Shown piece after piece: positions 1-13,332 of a DNA stretch of 63,351 nt. The DNA comes from Octopus bimaculoides (lineage: Eukaryota): the NCBI RefSeq assembly GCF_001194135.2, contig NC_068995.1, positions 39,604,599-39,667,949 on the forward strand. Reading direction: 5' to 3'. Under the pieces are notes generated by a model. It saw nothing but the letters and a program-made list of their open reading frames with translations. It had not been told where the DNA came from and did not search any database. The position numbers were made by a program, and so were the translations under genes. Each line of letters begins with the position of its first letter. Position 1 is the stretch's first letter.

Positions 1-1064
1 ACACACACACACATATATATATACACCTACGCACAACAAATCTGGTTTCCTGGTTTCGAAGGAAACATACACCAACCCAGTACAGGGACAGTGGAAAAAT
101 AAAAATAGGATAAAGCAAAGATATAATGAAAGTAAATATTAATAATCATAATAATAAATTCTAAGATACGTAACACAAAGCATTTATCGTCCTTCAAATT
201 ATAAATAATATACAAATACGAGGCGGTAAACTAAAAATGTGCTTTTGAGCTGTATATGTGTGCGCGCGTGAGTATATGTGCGCGCGCGAGTGTGTGTGCG
301 TGCATGCGTGCATGCACGCATGTATGTATGTATGTGTGTATGTATGTATGTATGTATGCAAATATATTTGTATGTATGTATGCAGAAAATAAGCAACAAA
401 AAAGAAAAGATGTATTCAATCAACATAAAAACGACGAGTTCAGTTGCATAGATATGTACTTATCCAAGGTGAAAATCTTAGAAGCACCTTTCATTATTGT
501 AATCTGAACAATTTCATACGCAATCAACAAAGCTGGTTAATCAACGCAACCAAAAATGAACAGGATATAGTTAGTAAATGCATACGAGACTACGTATACT
601 CTAAAATCTTGTAAGCAAGTCTATTATATCGAAATATTACATTCAAGAGGTTTAAAAACATAGAACACAAATTCAATCAAAATTTTGTGTATCGACATTA
701 GAATGCCATCTATCAATTTTAGAAGTATTCTCTTGCAATTTTCAGAATTAGGGAAACGATTCACCCCTATGACTTATACCGATATTAGAAAATGAATGAA
801 AGCAAGAAGAACGTTAATGTTTCATGATTATATATTTTCGATCTAAAACCTACTAAGAGGAACATGTTGGAGATTATGCGTTTCCCAATCATCAATGTAA
901 AAAGAAAAATATCTGATGTGAGAAAATCTCGTAAATAAAATTTTTTATTCTTGGCTGTAACAAATTAGCATTATTTCGATCCCTAATTCTTCGAAGAGAT
1001 ATATAAGTATCATAATTATTTTCTCAACTCATTACTTATGGATCTTCTTTTTTATTTTTTCTGA

Positions 1065-1410
1065 AACTTGTTTTTGTCATTGGACTGCGTCTATGATGGG
1101 CACCACCTTCAAAGATTTAGTCGGACAAATTGATCCTAGTACTTATCTCTAAAGTCTCTTCTGCCAAACATCTAATTCATTGGAACGTAAACAATCCAAC
1201 ACCGGATACCAAGCAGTGAGATCAAATACAAATTCAAAAATATACATATGACTGGCTACTGCACAGTTTCCGCCAATCAAATTCACTCAGAAGATATTTG
1301 TCGGCCTGGAGCTCTAATAGAAGAGACTACTCCCTTAAGGTGTCGCGAAGGGGAACTGAACCCGAAACTATATGGTTACAAAGTAAGCTCCAAAACCACA
1401 CATCCATGGC
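1065..1410 (-). mobile_element. SINE family C copy (degenerate)
   Basis: Reverse-complement similarity to the family C copy at 26178-26582 (gtcattggactgcg...caccaccttc; ctgaacccgaaactatatggtt). Confidence 0.65.
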
Positions 1411-1701
1411 TGCACCTGTAAACTTTTCATTATAAAAACATGTCAAACAATTGATTCTATGTCATAAATTATTTCCAAAACAGTCTTCGATCAAGAGCTT
1501 AGCTAATTAACTCAAGGACACTTTTACGATTCTCACTTGAAATTAATTTTCGTGTAATTTACATTACTAAGAATAATTTGTAAGTCAAAAATCCATCTTC
1601 TATTTTTTTCAAAAAGACATGAATATTTATAATTCGGTTGAGCTACTTCAATCGAAACTTTTCGGTTAAGTACCTTATTTTTATTGTTTTAATGAATAAT
1701 G

Positions 1702-1796
1702 CAAGTATTGGTACTATACTGTATTTCATTGGGCGGCAATTTGGACAAGTATTGGTACTATACTGTATTTCATTGGGCGGTAATTTGGACAAGTAT
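1702..1796. repeat. 44-bp tandem duplication (2 copies plus 7 bp)
   Basis: caagtattggtactatactgtatttcattgggcgg(c/t)aatttgga at 1702-1745 and 1746-1789, one mismatch. Confidence 0.95.
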
Positions 1797-2367
1797 CTCT
1801 GAGTTGACCAATATCATGTAGGTGGGATGTAATAAATGCGTGTTGTATGGATGTATGGCCGTAAGAGATGTTCTTATTTGCAATGTATATTAAGAAAAGT
1901 ATATAATCTGTAAACTATACGTTCCAACTGGTGCTAAGAAGGTGATGTTCAGTAAATAAATTGTAAAATTTTAACTCAAATAAAGTATGTGTGTGGGAAC
2001 ATGTAAATGTGTGAGTATGTGTTGTGCGCTTATATGTTTTTGTGCATTCGTGCCTTCGTACTGCGTGTGTATGTATATATATATTTGTAATGCGAACGCT
2101 TATTTGCATGTTGTATTCAATAAAAGGTATTATCTACACATGTCAAAACTTTGGTCTGATGGACTAACTTTCGCTGATATGTTGTTCCAAATAAGATATG
2201 TATACACTTAGTTTGGGGGGGTGTGACCGCATGATTTAAAGCAGAAGAATGTGTGCTAGTTAGAGTGTAAGCCCAAAGAACCCAAACATTGCCAGGAAAG
2301 ATTCCACACTGCCCGGCATTGTTGAAGGGATGAATAATGTCGGAGGGCATGGATGTCGATGCGATAT

Positions 2368-2584
2368 TCAGTCGACATCTGGTTTGAGGAAGGTTCTACA
2401 GTGCAAGCAATACGTAAAATGTATATATTCATATATGCAAATCTCACAGTTTATAGATATAAAGAGACATCGACTCAAAGCTGAAGAGAACTTACCTTTG
2501 GAATGATAGCTTAGCAAATTGGGCAGCTTCTGTAGGAGGGTACAGTATTCGGCCCTTAAATTCAGCGAATGAACCAAAAGGCAT
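2368..2584 (-). CDS. Candidate two-exon small ORF (38 aa, MPFGSFAEFKGRILYPPTEAAQFAKLSFQRTFLKPDVD); unverified
   Basis: ATG at 2584, donor AAG|GTAAGT at 2496/2495, 100-nt intron ending ttgcttgcactgtag at 2396, in-frame TGA at 2370-2368. No recognisable homology. Confidence 0.2.
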
Positions 2585-3536
2585 TGTTCCTATTTTTTTT
2601 TTTTTTTTTTTTTTTTTTGTTACGATGAAATCAATCAAGATGTCGCAGTGCCCAAACAGTCACTGTATAATGTAAAAGTTGTTAATGCAGTGTTTCTCTA
2701 ACTCGTCACCTGGTTTCCTGAAACTGTGGTCTCCCTTTTCTTTCTTTCTGTTTTTTTTTTTTTCGTTCTAAGATAGAAGATCCGTCACACTTCTTTCCGT
2801 ACTCATCACAAGTAGAGACAGGACAAGTTCACTTAGAGTCAGAGTACAAAGAAAAAAAAATCTTCCTGGTTTTGCCGTATTTGTATTCTTTTTCTTTTTC
2901 TTTTTCTTTTTTATGGTGTTATTCAATTCCGATACCGACACTGGAATTCTTTAATTTTATCAATTTTCAAATTGTTGAAATAGCTCTAAGACTGAATACT
3001 TCTCATTGAGCTGTTAGAATCAGTTCCTATGATATATATATATATATATATATATATAAATGAATCAATGAATCAATCAATGAATGAATGACACGCTGTT
3101 CGCGTGACGATAATAGTAATAATAATGATAATAATAATAAACCTCAAAACTAATATTACGATCCTTTTTGGTAATTCGCAAGCACGAACGAATGATATCT
3201 ATATATCTCTATATAATAACTGAACCTAAGGATTTGATTTTAACACGTATGTGTGTGTGTGTGTGTATTTGTGTGTGTGTGTGTGTGTATTTGTGTGTGT
3301 GTGTGTGTGTATTCGCGTGTGTGTGTATTTTTTAGTGTGTGTGTGTGTCTCAGTCTTTTAGTCGCTGTACTTACTTTTATTTATGTGAATTGATATCTAT
3401 ATTTGATGTCACGAAAGATATTGTTATGTTTAGTTGTAAAAGTGTTCCTGTCAATATCGTACAGAGAGAAGACTGAAAGCTTTTATAATTCTAGTTTCCT
3501 CTGTTTTGGCAAAATCACCAAATACTTCAAGTGAAG

Positions 3537-3588
<52 letters not shown>

Positions 3589-4450
3589 TGGGTTACGTTA
3601 GTTTGTTTTCAAAGCTTTTGAATGAAAATTTCATCGCCCACCTGTTGTAAAACGGTAACTATCCACCGACTAAACTTCGCCGCAGTTTTCGAGAAAGTGT
3701 AGGTTTTATCTTATTGGTGAATTCATGCTAGTGGAATACGCTTTTCTACTGATCGATTTGTGGAGGTGGGGAATGCGTCTCTGTAATGTGAAAACATCTT
3801 TGTTCTTCTGTATTGGCATCTGCAAGTGTACAGTGCCCGAATAAAGTGAGTATACGAATGTGAATTATTTCTGCATTTATACAAGCATGCAAGTTTGTAT
3901 TTTGCACTATATTAGTTTACGTGCATTTATGTATGTATGTATGTATGTATGTATGTATAGTATCGCTATTTTTTTATTCTGTGTCTATGAGTGAGTTTGT
4001 ATGTGTGTTCGTTCGTCTACTCAACATGTGTGTTTACGTCTCACTGTCTGTGTGTATTTACACAAATGTTCATATTTCTGAGTCAGCGTGAGTTGTTGTA
4101 ATTCTTTTTATGTGTCTTCGTGTAGGTGCCTGTGTATGCATTGCTATGTTTGAGCTAATTGTAGGAAATTAAAAGGTTTAACAGATATAATTAATATAAA
4201 ACGGAAGGTGAAAAATTATTTCAGAGAAAAACAAGAGATTGCTGAACTGGAGATAATGAGAAGATTAACGAGAATTAGTGGTGGGAAGGACGCTATTAAA
4301 GTGAATAAAATATAAATGGCTTGATGAGATATATGAATTCCAGAAATTGAAAAAAGAAATAGGAAGAAGATACTACAGAAACAGTCCCCCATCCCCAGAT
4401 AGTTCTATGTATAACGACAAAGAAAGAGAGGAAATGAAGAGGTTAGAGTG

Positions 4451-4452
<2 letters not shown>

Positions 4453-4533
<81 letters not shown>

Positions 4534-4840
4534 CTCTCTATCGCTCTCTTGCTCTCTCTCTCGCTCTTTCTCTCTCTCTCTCTCTCTCTCACTCACACAC
4601 ATTCACCACATGTATATATATAAATATACATATATTTTACACACACACATATATATGTGTGTGTGTGTGTGTGTGTGTATGCGTGTATGTATATGCATAT
4701 ATACTTATATATGTAACACACACGCACACACACACACACACACATATATATAAATATAAATATGTATATACATTTTATACGTATATATAATACATATATA
4801 TGAAGAAATATATATATATAAATATATGTATGTATGTTTG

Positions 4841-4894
<54 letters not shown>

Positions 4895-4895
4895 T

Positions 4896-4935
<40 letters not shown>
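4453..4935. repeat. Compound microsatellite (CT)n/(CA)n/(TA)n/(GA)n
   Basis: Directly visible dinucleotide arrays; source of the SLSL/ERER/YIYI pseudo-ORFs. Confidence 0.95.
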
Positions 4936-4940
<5 letters not shown>

Positions 4941-5296
4941 TGATATAGACAGACAGACAGACAGACAGAATTACAACCACTCCCACTTCATACACACATT
5001 GAAAACAGCTTATCAATAGATTTTTATCCACAAGACATTTCTTGATACGTTCAGTGGTTACTATTAACACATAGGCTACTTCAGGTAGAAAGGATGTACT
5101 TGAAATTGAGAATTTGAGTTTACAGCGACAATATTTATATATCACTTGAAGAAACACAACTAGACCGCATAATGCAAGGAAAAGTTACATAACCAAATGA
5201 CTGCAAGCCCGTAGAAATATGTTGCAACGAAACAATTGTAGTGATTACAAATAAATATTCGACTGTATTCCTTCTAGTTGACTCCAACTGATTCAA

Positions 5297-5332
<36 letters not shown>

Positions 5333-5879
5333 ATAGATATGCTCACAGACATGCACACGTATAAGCACGCACATATGCATAGACGTTTAATCAGGTGCAC
5401 ATTCAGATCTATGAATGTGTGTTTGTGTGTTTATATGTGTGAACTCCATGCTTCTTAGACGCCTGTGATATCATAATTTGTAGAAAAAATGCAAGAAATG
5501 ATTTTCCTAGAAGATTTGTTTCTCCGCGAAGGCTAGCCAAAGAGCATTCATCTCTGTCTTTATAGTTTGGCATCGGTGGATAATCTAAAATATAGTACGT
5601 GATTGCTCAGCAAACCATAAAACAAGTTCAACAGCGTGACCTATTTGTCTTTCCACGCCCCTGTCACCTATTTTTTTAAAGCGAAGATATATATATGATG
5701 ACTTAACTACGCGGTTTCGTTCTTTCCCATGGTACGTCGACTTTGAAAAATCTTTCCTACGATACGATGTCCTCAATAATTTTTGAATGAATTTGGTAGG
5801 CGGAGATTGTGTGGAAGTCCATTCTACTCATACACACATACACACACATTTCCATCATTATTATCACTATAATTATTAC

Positions 5880-6090
5880 TAAGGCAGCGAGCTAGCAGGA
5901 TCGTTACCGTGCCAGAAAAATGCTTAGCGGCATTTCGACCGTGTTTACGTTTTGAGATAATATTCAGCCGAGGCTGATCTTGTCTTTCCTCCTTTCGGTA
6001 TCGATAGTACAAGTGCTAGTCAAGCACTGGAATTGATGTAATCGTCTATTACACTCGCCTAAAATTTCAGGCCTTCTGTCTAGAGTAGAA
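5880..6090 (+). mobile_element. SINE family A copy (degenerate)
   Basis: aaggcagcgagctagcag...atgcttagcggcatttcg...caagtgctagt...aaaatttcaggcctt matches the family A layout. Confidence 0.7.
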
Positions 6091-6096
6091 ATAATG

Positions 6097-6097
<1 letters not shown>

Positions 6098-6168
<71 letters not shown>

Positions 6169-6191
6169 CATTATTATTATTATTATTATTG
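6098..6191. repeat. (TTA)n microsatellite, the 3' tail/target of the R4/Dong-like element
   Basis: Long near-perfect TTA array abutting the element 3' end. Confidence 0.95.
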
Positions 6192-7530
6192 TTCAATAGT
6201 TTTATTTTTATAACGTGCTTTCACTTCACTACCGAGCGCAGCTCTGTGCGCCTTGGGTACGTGCTGCGGTTTGCTGTGGTGCTCTTATGGTTACTGTATT
6301 GAAAGTGTTTTGCGTAGAATGTGTGCAGTGNNNNNNNNNNNNNNNNNNNNNNNNNNNNNNNNNNNNNNNNNNNNNNNNNNNNNNNNNNNNNNNNNNNNNN
6401 NNNNNNNNNNNNNNNNNNNNNNNNNNNNNNNNNNNNNNNNNNNNNNNNNNNNNNNNNNNNNNNNNNNNNNNNNNNNNNNNNNNNNNNNNNNNNNNNNNNN
6501 NNNNNNNNNNNNNNNNNNNNNNNNNNNNNNNNNNNNNNNNNNNNNNNNNNNNNNNNNNNNNNNNNNNNNNNNNNNNNNNNNNNNNNNNNNNNNNNNNNNN
6601 NNNNNNNNNNNNNNNNNNNNNNNNNNNNNNNNNNNNNNNNNNNNNNNNNNNNNNNNNNNNNNNNNNNNNNNNNNNNNNNNNNNNNNNNNNNNNNNNNNNN
6701 NNNNNNNNNNNNNNNNNNNNNNNNNNNNNNNNNNNNNNNNNNNNNNNNNNNNNNNNNNNNNNNNNNNNNNNNNNNNNNNNNNNNNNNNNNNNNNNNNNNN
6801 NNNNNNNNNNNNNNNNNNNNNNNNNNNNNNNCTTTCATCCTTCCGTGGTCGATAAAATGAATTCCAACCAAGCTGTCGTTAGATGAAAATGGTGAAATTT
6901 GTTCGTCTACTGATCATACATACGTTGTCGGCGGCGAGCTGGCTGAAACGTTAGCACACCGGGCGAAATGCTTAACGGTATTTCGTCTGCCACTACGTTC
7001 TGAGTTCAAATTCCGCCGAGGTCGATTTTGCCTTTCATCCTTTCGGAGTCGATTAAATAAGTACCAGTCACGCACTGGGGTCGATATAATCGACTTAATC
7101 CGTTTGTCTGTCCTTGTTTGTCCCCTCTGTGTGTAGCCCCTTGTGGGTAGTAATAAAAACATACATACGTTGTCGGTAACCTCTAATTTGAGCACCATTT
7201 TCAACTAACGGGTTGCTCGGGTGGTAACACTCCATGGCCACAGCATTAATTTGCTTGCTCCATCTACGCCGTGTGTGGTGGTCCCTTTCTGGATATCGAC
7301 AGGCTGGAGCCGGACCAGAATCTCCGAGCCTGCCGGGTGCAACACTGTCACCATCAACGGTTTCAGTTTCATTACGACCGTTATTCATAATATTTTCTTT
7401 TTTCATTGTCACTCTTGTGAGGTAGCGATTATCAGGTTGCGCAGTTACCAGTGTTTTTGTTGTGACACCATCACTAGATGTATTATTAATCAGGACATGG
7501 AGAGGCTCCACCTACTTCCTTTCATTATTA
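6192..7530 (-). mobile_element. R4/Dong-clade (RLE-type) non-LTR retrotransposon remnant, interrupted by a SINE and an N-gap
   Basis: Minus-strand N-terminal peptide RRRWSKQINAVAMECYHPSNP...GYRQRM (about 7270-7165), which continues across the SINE TSD as YDQ*TNK. 3' end encodes ..AHILRKTLSIQ* followed by the 3' UTR and (TAA)n. The 5' end also abuts TAA repeats (about 7525). Confidence 0.65.
6932..7159 (+). mobile_element. SINE family A copy (young), 17-bp TSD
   Basis: tRNA-like head with B-box GAGTTCAAATTCC; TSD catacatacgttgtcgg at 6915-6931 and 7160-7176. Confidence 0.92.
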
Positions 7531-7964
7531 TTATTTTTATTTTTATCATCTCTGATATCATTGTTTTTATTTTTTTATTATTTGTCATTGTTATATTAAC
7601 AGATTCAGAGGTTCAACAAGTGGGCGGGGCAGTGGTAGTAACGGTAGTGGGGCCTCAGATTCCTATGCTATCAGAATAGTAGTAGTTGTAGTATTAGCAG
7701 CTGCAGCATATTATCATTAATTGTATTTCTATTTTTTCATCATCATCACCATCACCACCACTATTATTATAATTATCATTATTTCTATTTATTATTAAAA
7801 GATTTTAATAAATGTTCTTTATTTTCAACTTTTGTTCTGTACTTGAGATAATCATAAATATGTGGTTGTTGGAGGAAACAGTTTGGGGAAGACTAACAGC
7901 TTGGTGGATAGATCAAATTCTACAGTACTATTATTATTATCATTATCATCATCATCATCGTTAC

Positions 7965-8040
<76 letters not shown>

Positions 8041-8043
<3 letters not shown>

Positions 8044-8181
8044 TAGTTTTATTTTTATAACGTGCTTTCACTTCACTACCGAGCGCAGCTCTGTGCGCCT
8101 TGGGTACGTGCTGTGGTTTGCTGTGGTGCTCTTATGTTTACTGTATTGAAAGTGTTTTGCGTAGAATGTGTGCAGTACCCA

Positions 8182-8182
<1 letters not shown>
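8041..8182 (-). mobile_element. 5'-truncated 3' end of the R4/Dong-like LINE inside (TAA)n
   Basis: Near-identical to 6192-6330. Encodes MGTAHILRKTLSIQ* (typical RLE-element C-terminus GTAxILRK). TTA arrays on both sides (7925-8040, 8183-8235). Confidence 0.8.
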
Positions 8183-8217
<35 letters not shown>

Positions 8218-8577
8218 CATTATTATTGTTATTACAATAGAGTTCGTTTAGTTTTAAACATCTAAGCTCCATACATTTGAATTTGAAATGCAAGAATTTC
8301 TCTTGCGGATGTTGGAATTTTCCTCATTATCATTGTTTAAAACATTCTCATAGAAAAGAGATTTTAAACAACTTGGAGTGTTTCTCCTAATTATGAGGTG
8401 GCACAGATGTTGTGTGACTTCCTTTAAACCAGCGGTTATATATTTTTTTCAATAAAAAATTGCAGCAAATTTGATGTTTTCAGAGAAAAGAGTGGTTGGA
8501 GGAATGGTGGGAGGCAACGTTGACATGTGAGGTGATAGTAATGTTGCTGTCTACTTTCAATGTTTTTCTTGTCAAAG

Positions 8578-8634
8578 CGAAAGGGAAAAAAAAATGGCTT
8601 CTTACGAAGATATTTCGCAAAGATATAATATCAG
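8578..8634 (+). CDS. Candidate orphan 57-nt exon (could contain ATG 8594: MASYEDISQRYNI); unverified
   Basis: Acceptor tttttcttgtcaaag|, donor CAG|GTGAGT, length a multiple of 3, two frames open, aaaATGG context. No recognisable homology. Confidence 0.25.
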
Positions 8635-11600
8635 GTGAGTATGTCTTGTTTCTAAGAGCGTCAGTAATGCTATGATTTGACAACGCAGTGATTCGGAAAA
8701 CGTTACCAGTATAGCCAACGCCACTACCACCGCCATCATCAATACCACTTGTAATAGCAACAGTAGTAGCAAAAGCCACATGTGAAGGAAAATAACAACT
8801 ACAAGAAGAAAAATAATACAGCGGAAAGAAGCAGAGATAAATATGTCAACATTGTCACGACCAACAACAAAATGTTGGAGAATGTCAACAAAATGTCGAA
8901 TGAAATGACACCAACAACGTCAACAGCAACAACATCAAATCAACAGTAAGAGAAATAACAGTTACAGAGACAGAATAATGAAGAAAACCTGAGCCAGTTC
9001 AGTAATATAAACAACAGTAACAGACGTGACTCATTTACAACATCCTTGGTAACTTAAACAGAACGTGTTCCAGTTCAGAATTGAACGCATATAAGGTGAG
9101 AATGGGTTGGGTTATTCACTGAGAAGTGAGGTTGCCAACTGGTCCTTAAATAATTAAAAATAGAGCATTGAGCAATATCGTTGCATGTGTAAAATTGAGT
9201 TCAAAATATGTGCTGAGTGCCATTGGCTACCGCTGAAAGTGAAATAATATGTCAGTGATGAAGAGCACTCCACATCTGTTGAATGACCTTTGGTCATTAA
9301 ACTTAGAACTGAGTTTCATTTGCACAACTACAGTCATAGACCCACTCACATTCCTTCTGAACAACTAAAAAGAGATTTGCACTTCATGAGATCAGATCAG
9401 ATCAAATGGAATGGTAGTGTTGTTCTAGAAAGATTTGTCTCTAGTTTCCTTTCTGTCTTGTCGCGACCACATCTTCCGGATCAGGCTTCCGGTTTGAGGA
9501 TATCTTCCTTTCACCAGCAGGCTCTATAATAGACCATAGGCAATGCCTTCCCCACTGGTTAAGAGATTTAAAAAAGAATACTTCCACTAACTCACGCCCT
9601 CACCCAATTTTTTCCCTAGTTATTCTACCAATTCAAATTCTAGAAAACAACGGTGCAATCTTTGGTTTTCACAACTAGCTCACTAAATTTCCATTCTTGC
9701 CCACATTTTTCTATGAGAAACAAGCTAAACATTTTAAGCATTGCTTTTGCCATTCTCAGCAGCCCTTTAAGAGACAAGGGTACTGTTTCCCTTCCCACGA
9801 GATAAAAGAATTAAAGCACAGGTAAATAGTCACGATTTAACCGCTAATCAGCAATCGCATAGCTGTTTCTTCTACATATCAAAACACCGACACTACAACC
9901 TGCGTGATTGATCGCCGCATATCCAGGGTAGAAATAAGGTTTTAAGCTATACTACGTCATGACATAAGCAGAACAACAGTTTCGTTGAGTGCGCCTATCT
10001 GCATGGTTGCATCCAATGCATGCTTGAAATCATCTCGATCAGAGTTGGCCTAGATATACAAAACATGAAAATCAATTAAGCATTGCTGTAAGCTATTTCT
10101 TTTTCCATTGTCATCATCAGAATAATGAAAATAAACTGGCTTTACCTATCTTGATAGAAGCCCGCTCGAGTTATATATATTCGCAGAAAGCTTACATGTT
10201 GCGTTATTCAGCGCTTTTCACCAGGCAGAAGGCCAGTAATTGTGGCGAAGAAGTAGGGACGATTGAATCACAAGGCTTTAAGTATCTATGCACTGATTGC
10301 AAGGTGTTATATCAAAAAAGGTGTTCTACTACGCCTAGTTATCGATTTTATCGATTGACTGAGTGATGTGAAGTGGATGAGCTAAACACTTTGTATTGTT
10401 TTTACTGTGGCTTTTTTTAGTTAAGAGTTGACATGTTTGCTCGCATTTTTAATTCATATCTTTGGTAAAATATTTGCTCAGCTTAATCTCTCCCGTTTGT
10501 GTGTGTTGTGCTAAGAGGACCAAAATGACTACTGTAAATGAATATGAATATGTNNNNNNNNNNNNNNNNNNNNNNNNNNNNNNNNNNNNNNNNNNNNNNN
10601 NNNNNNNNNNNNNNNNNNNNNNNNNNNNNNNNNNNNNNNNNNNNNNNNNNNNNNNNNNNNNNNNNNNNNNNNNNNNNNNNNNNNNNNNNNNNNNNNNNNN
10701 NNNNNNNNNNNNNNNNNNNNNNNNNNNNNNNNNNNNNNNNNNNNNNNNNNNNNNNNNNNNNNNNNNNNNNNNNNNNNNNNNNNNNNNNNNNNNNNNNNNN
10801 NNNNNNNNNNNNNNNNNNNNNNNNNNNNNNNNNNNNNNNNNNNNNNNNNNNNNNNNNNNNNNNNNNNNNNNNNNNNNNNNNNNNNNNNNNNNNNNNNNNN
10901 NNNNNNNNNNNNNNNNNNNNNNNNNNNNNNNNNNNNNNNNNNNNNNNNNNNNNNNNNNNNNNNNNNNNNNNNNNNNNNNNNNNNNNNNNNNNNNNNNNNN
11001 NNNNNNNNNNNNNNNNNNNNNNNNNNNNNNNNNNNNNNNNNNNNNNNNNNNNNNNNNNNNNNNNNNNNNNNNNNNNNNNNNNNNNNNNNNNNNNNNNNNN
11101 NNNNNNNNNNNNNNNNNNNNNNNNNNNNNNNNNNNNNNNNNNNNNNNNNNNNNNNNNNNNNNNNNNNNNNNNNNNNNNNNNNNNNNNNNNNNNNNNNNNN
11201 NNNNNNNNNNNNNNNNNNNNNNNNNNNNNNNNNNNNNNNNNNNNNNNNNNNNNNNNNNNNNNNNNNNNNNNNNNNNNNNNNNNNNNNNNNNNNNNNNNNN
11301 NNNNNNNNNNNNNNNNNNNNNNNNNNNNNNNNNNNNNNNNNNNNNNNNNNNNNNNNNNNNNNNNNNNNNNNNNNNNNNNNNNNNNNNNNNNNNNNNNNNN
11401 NNNNNNNNNNNNNNNNNNNNNNNNNNNNNNNNNNNNNNNNNNNNNNNNNNNNNNNNNNNNNNNNNNNNNNNNNNNNNNNNNNNNNNNNNNNNNNNNNNNN
11501 NNNNNNNNNNNNNNNNNNNNNNNNNNNNNNNNNNNNNNNNNNNNNNNTTTGTGTGTGGGTGTGTAAAAAATACTGCGAAAATGTTGCAAATACGTTATAT

Positions 11601-12915
11601 TTGTTTATATTAATATATATTTTTTTTATTTATCTATTGCTTGCCAAACCTTTTAACATAAGAGTGAAACAGTTTTACTATATGTTTTTATATATAAGTA
11701 AGGAAAACAATTAGAAATACATTTTCACATAATAAATGATTTCGTACTATGATTTAACTGAAGATGTAATGTATCGGTGTACCTATTCATGATGTAACTT
11801 TCACATGTATAGCAAAAGTACAAATGAGATAAGAGAATGGGGTCACGTGTTGCTGTAAGCCTTTTGTATAGAAAAGGGTTTCCGTGTGTACATGTTTATG
11901 TATTTAAGCTGAAAACTGTTTTGAATTAGAAGGAAAATGTATCATGATTAACTAACCAATGTGCAGTTTGCGCTAATCTTCGGTTTACCAAAATTTTGGA
12001 CAATTGTTCTTTTTAGTAAAAATCGTGTGCAGACCAAATTTTTGTATGTATATGCATGTCTGTATACGCATGTATGTATATGGAGGTATATACATACATA
12101 TACATGTTTATCTACGTTTGTATGTATATACATATATATGCATATGTGTGTGTTCGTGTGTGCGTGTGTGTGTATATGTGTATTTCTGTGTAAGTATATA
12201 TGAATGCAGGAAATGTTAAGAAAATTCTACACAAGTCGGATGATATGGAAAAATATAAAGGAGAAAATAGGTTTATCTCCTTTTATATTACAGTGAATTA
12301 CTTATAGCGTATATTATTGCAGACTAATTATTTCAGAACACAATAATTTGCATTGCAAAAAACAGATAAAAGAATCACATTATTGCAAAACACATTATTA
12401 AATATTCCGAAATATACTATGATATCCAAGATACATTACTAGTCAAAATTGTTTCACGTCCTACTCTTTGTTTACTATATAGTGCTATCACACCTTTGTC
12501 TAACCGCTAGGTTACCGGGATGTAAGCAAATCAACACCGGTTGTCAACTGGTGGTGAGATGTCATAGACAAAAAGACACAAGCACATTCACACACACATA
12601 CAGCACATACCCGTATAAATTACACGTGGAAAAAGGTACAGCGAATTGTAATATTACACAATTGTAATATTACATAATAAGAGTCGTTATATTAAAGATA
12701 TTAAATGCTTATAAAATATAATAGTTTACAAAAGTACTCATCTATGTATCATATTTAATGCATATACACTATCGCAAAACCAGTTATGGTATTTCTTCCT
12801 AGGAGCAACAACGTTAATGGACGCACCGTTCCAAACACGTGTGTTCCACGGATCATTGGTTCTTCTCCTGTGTTCATAACTAAATACTTTCACTCGCAAT
12901 ATTGGGCACTAACTA

Positions 12916-13332
12916 AGGTAGTGAGCTGGCAGAATCGCTAGCACACCGGGCGAAATGCTTAACGGTTTTCCGTCTGCCTTTACGTTCTGAGATCAAATTC
13001 CGCCATGGTCGAATTTACCTTTCATCATTTCTGGGGTCAATAGATTTAAGTACCAGTTGCGCACTGCGGTCGATCTAATCGACTGTCCTCCTAAATCAAA
13101 AATTTCAGGCCTTGTGCCTACAGTAGAAAAGAATTTTTAGCACACCGGGCAAAATGCTTAGCAGCATTTCGGTCGTCTTTACGTTCTGAGTTCAAATTCC
13201 GCCAAGGTCGACTTTGCCTTTTATCCTTACGGGCTCGATAAAATAAGAACCTGTTAAATACTGGGGTCGATGTAATCGTCTTACCTCTCCCCCGAAATTA
13301 CTGGCCTTGTGCCAAAATTTGAAACCAATGTT
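12916..13332 (+). mobile_element. Two head-to-tail SINE family A copies
   Basis: Two successive units (aaatgcttaacgg...gagatcaaattccgcc, then aaatgcttagcagc...gagttcaaattccgcc); junction near 13133. Confidence 0.85.

Noticed and set aside
6932-7060. tRNA genes suggested by GTTCAAATTCC / GGTTCGAATCC B-boxes (also about 52300)
   Set aside because: No cloverleaf can be formed; they are SINE heads present in many copies.
9250-9318. C/D-box snoRNA-like pattern (GTGATGA 9255 ... CTGA 9309)
   Set aside because: No terminal stem, no convincing D'/C' boxes, and gagcactccaca resembles a SINE B fragment.
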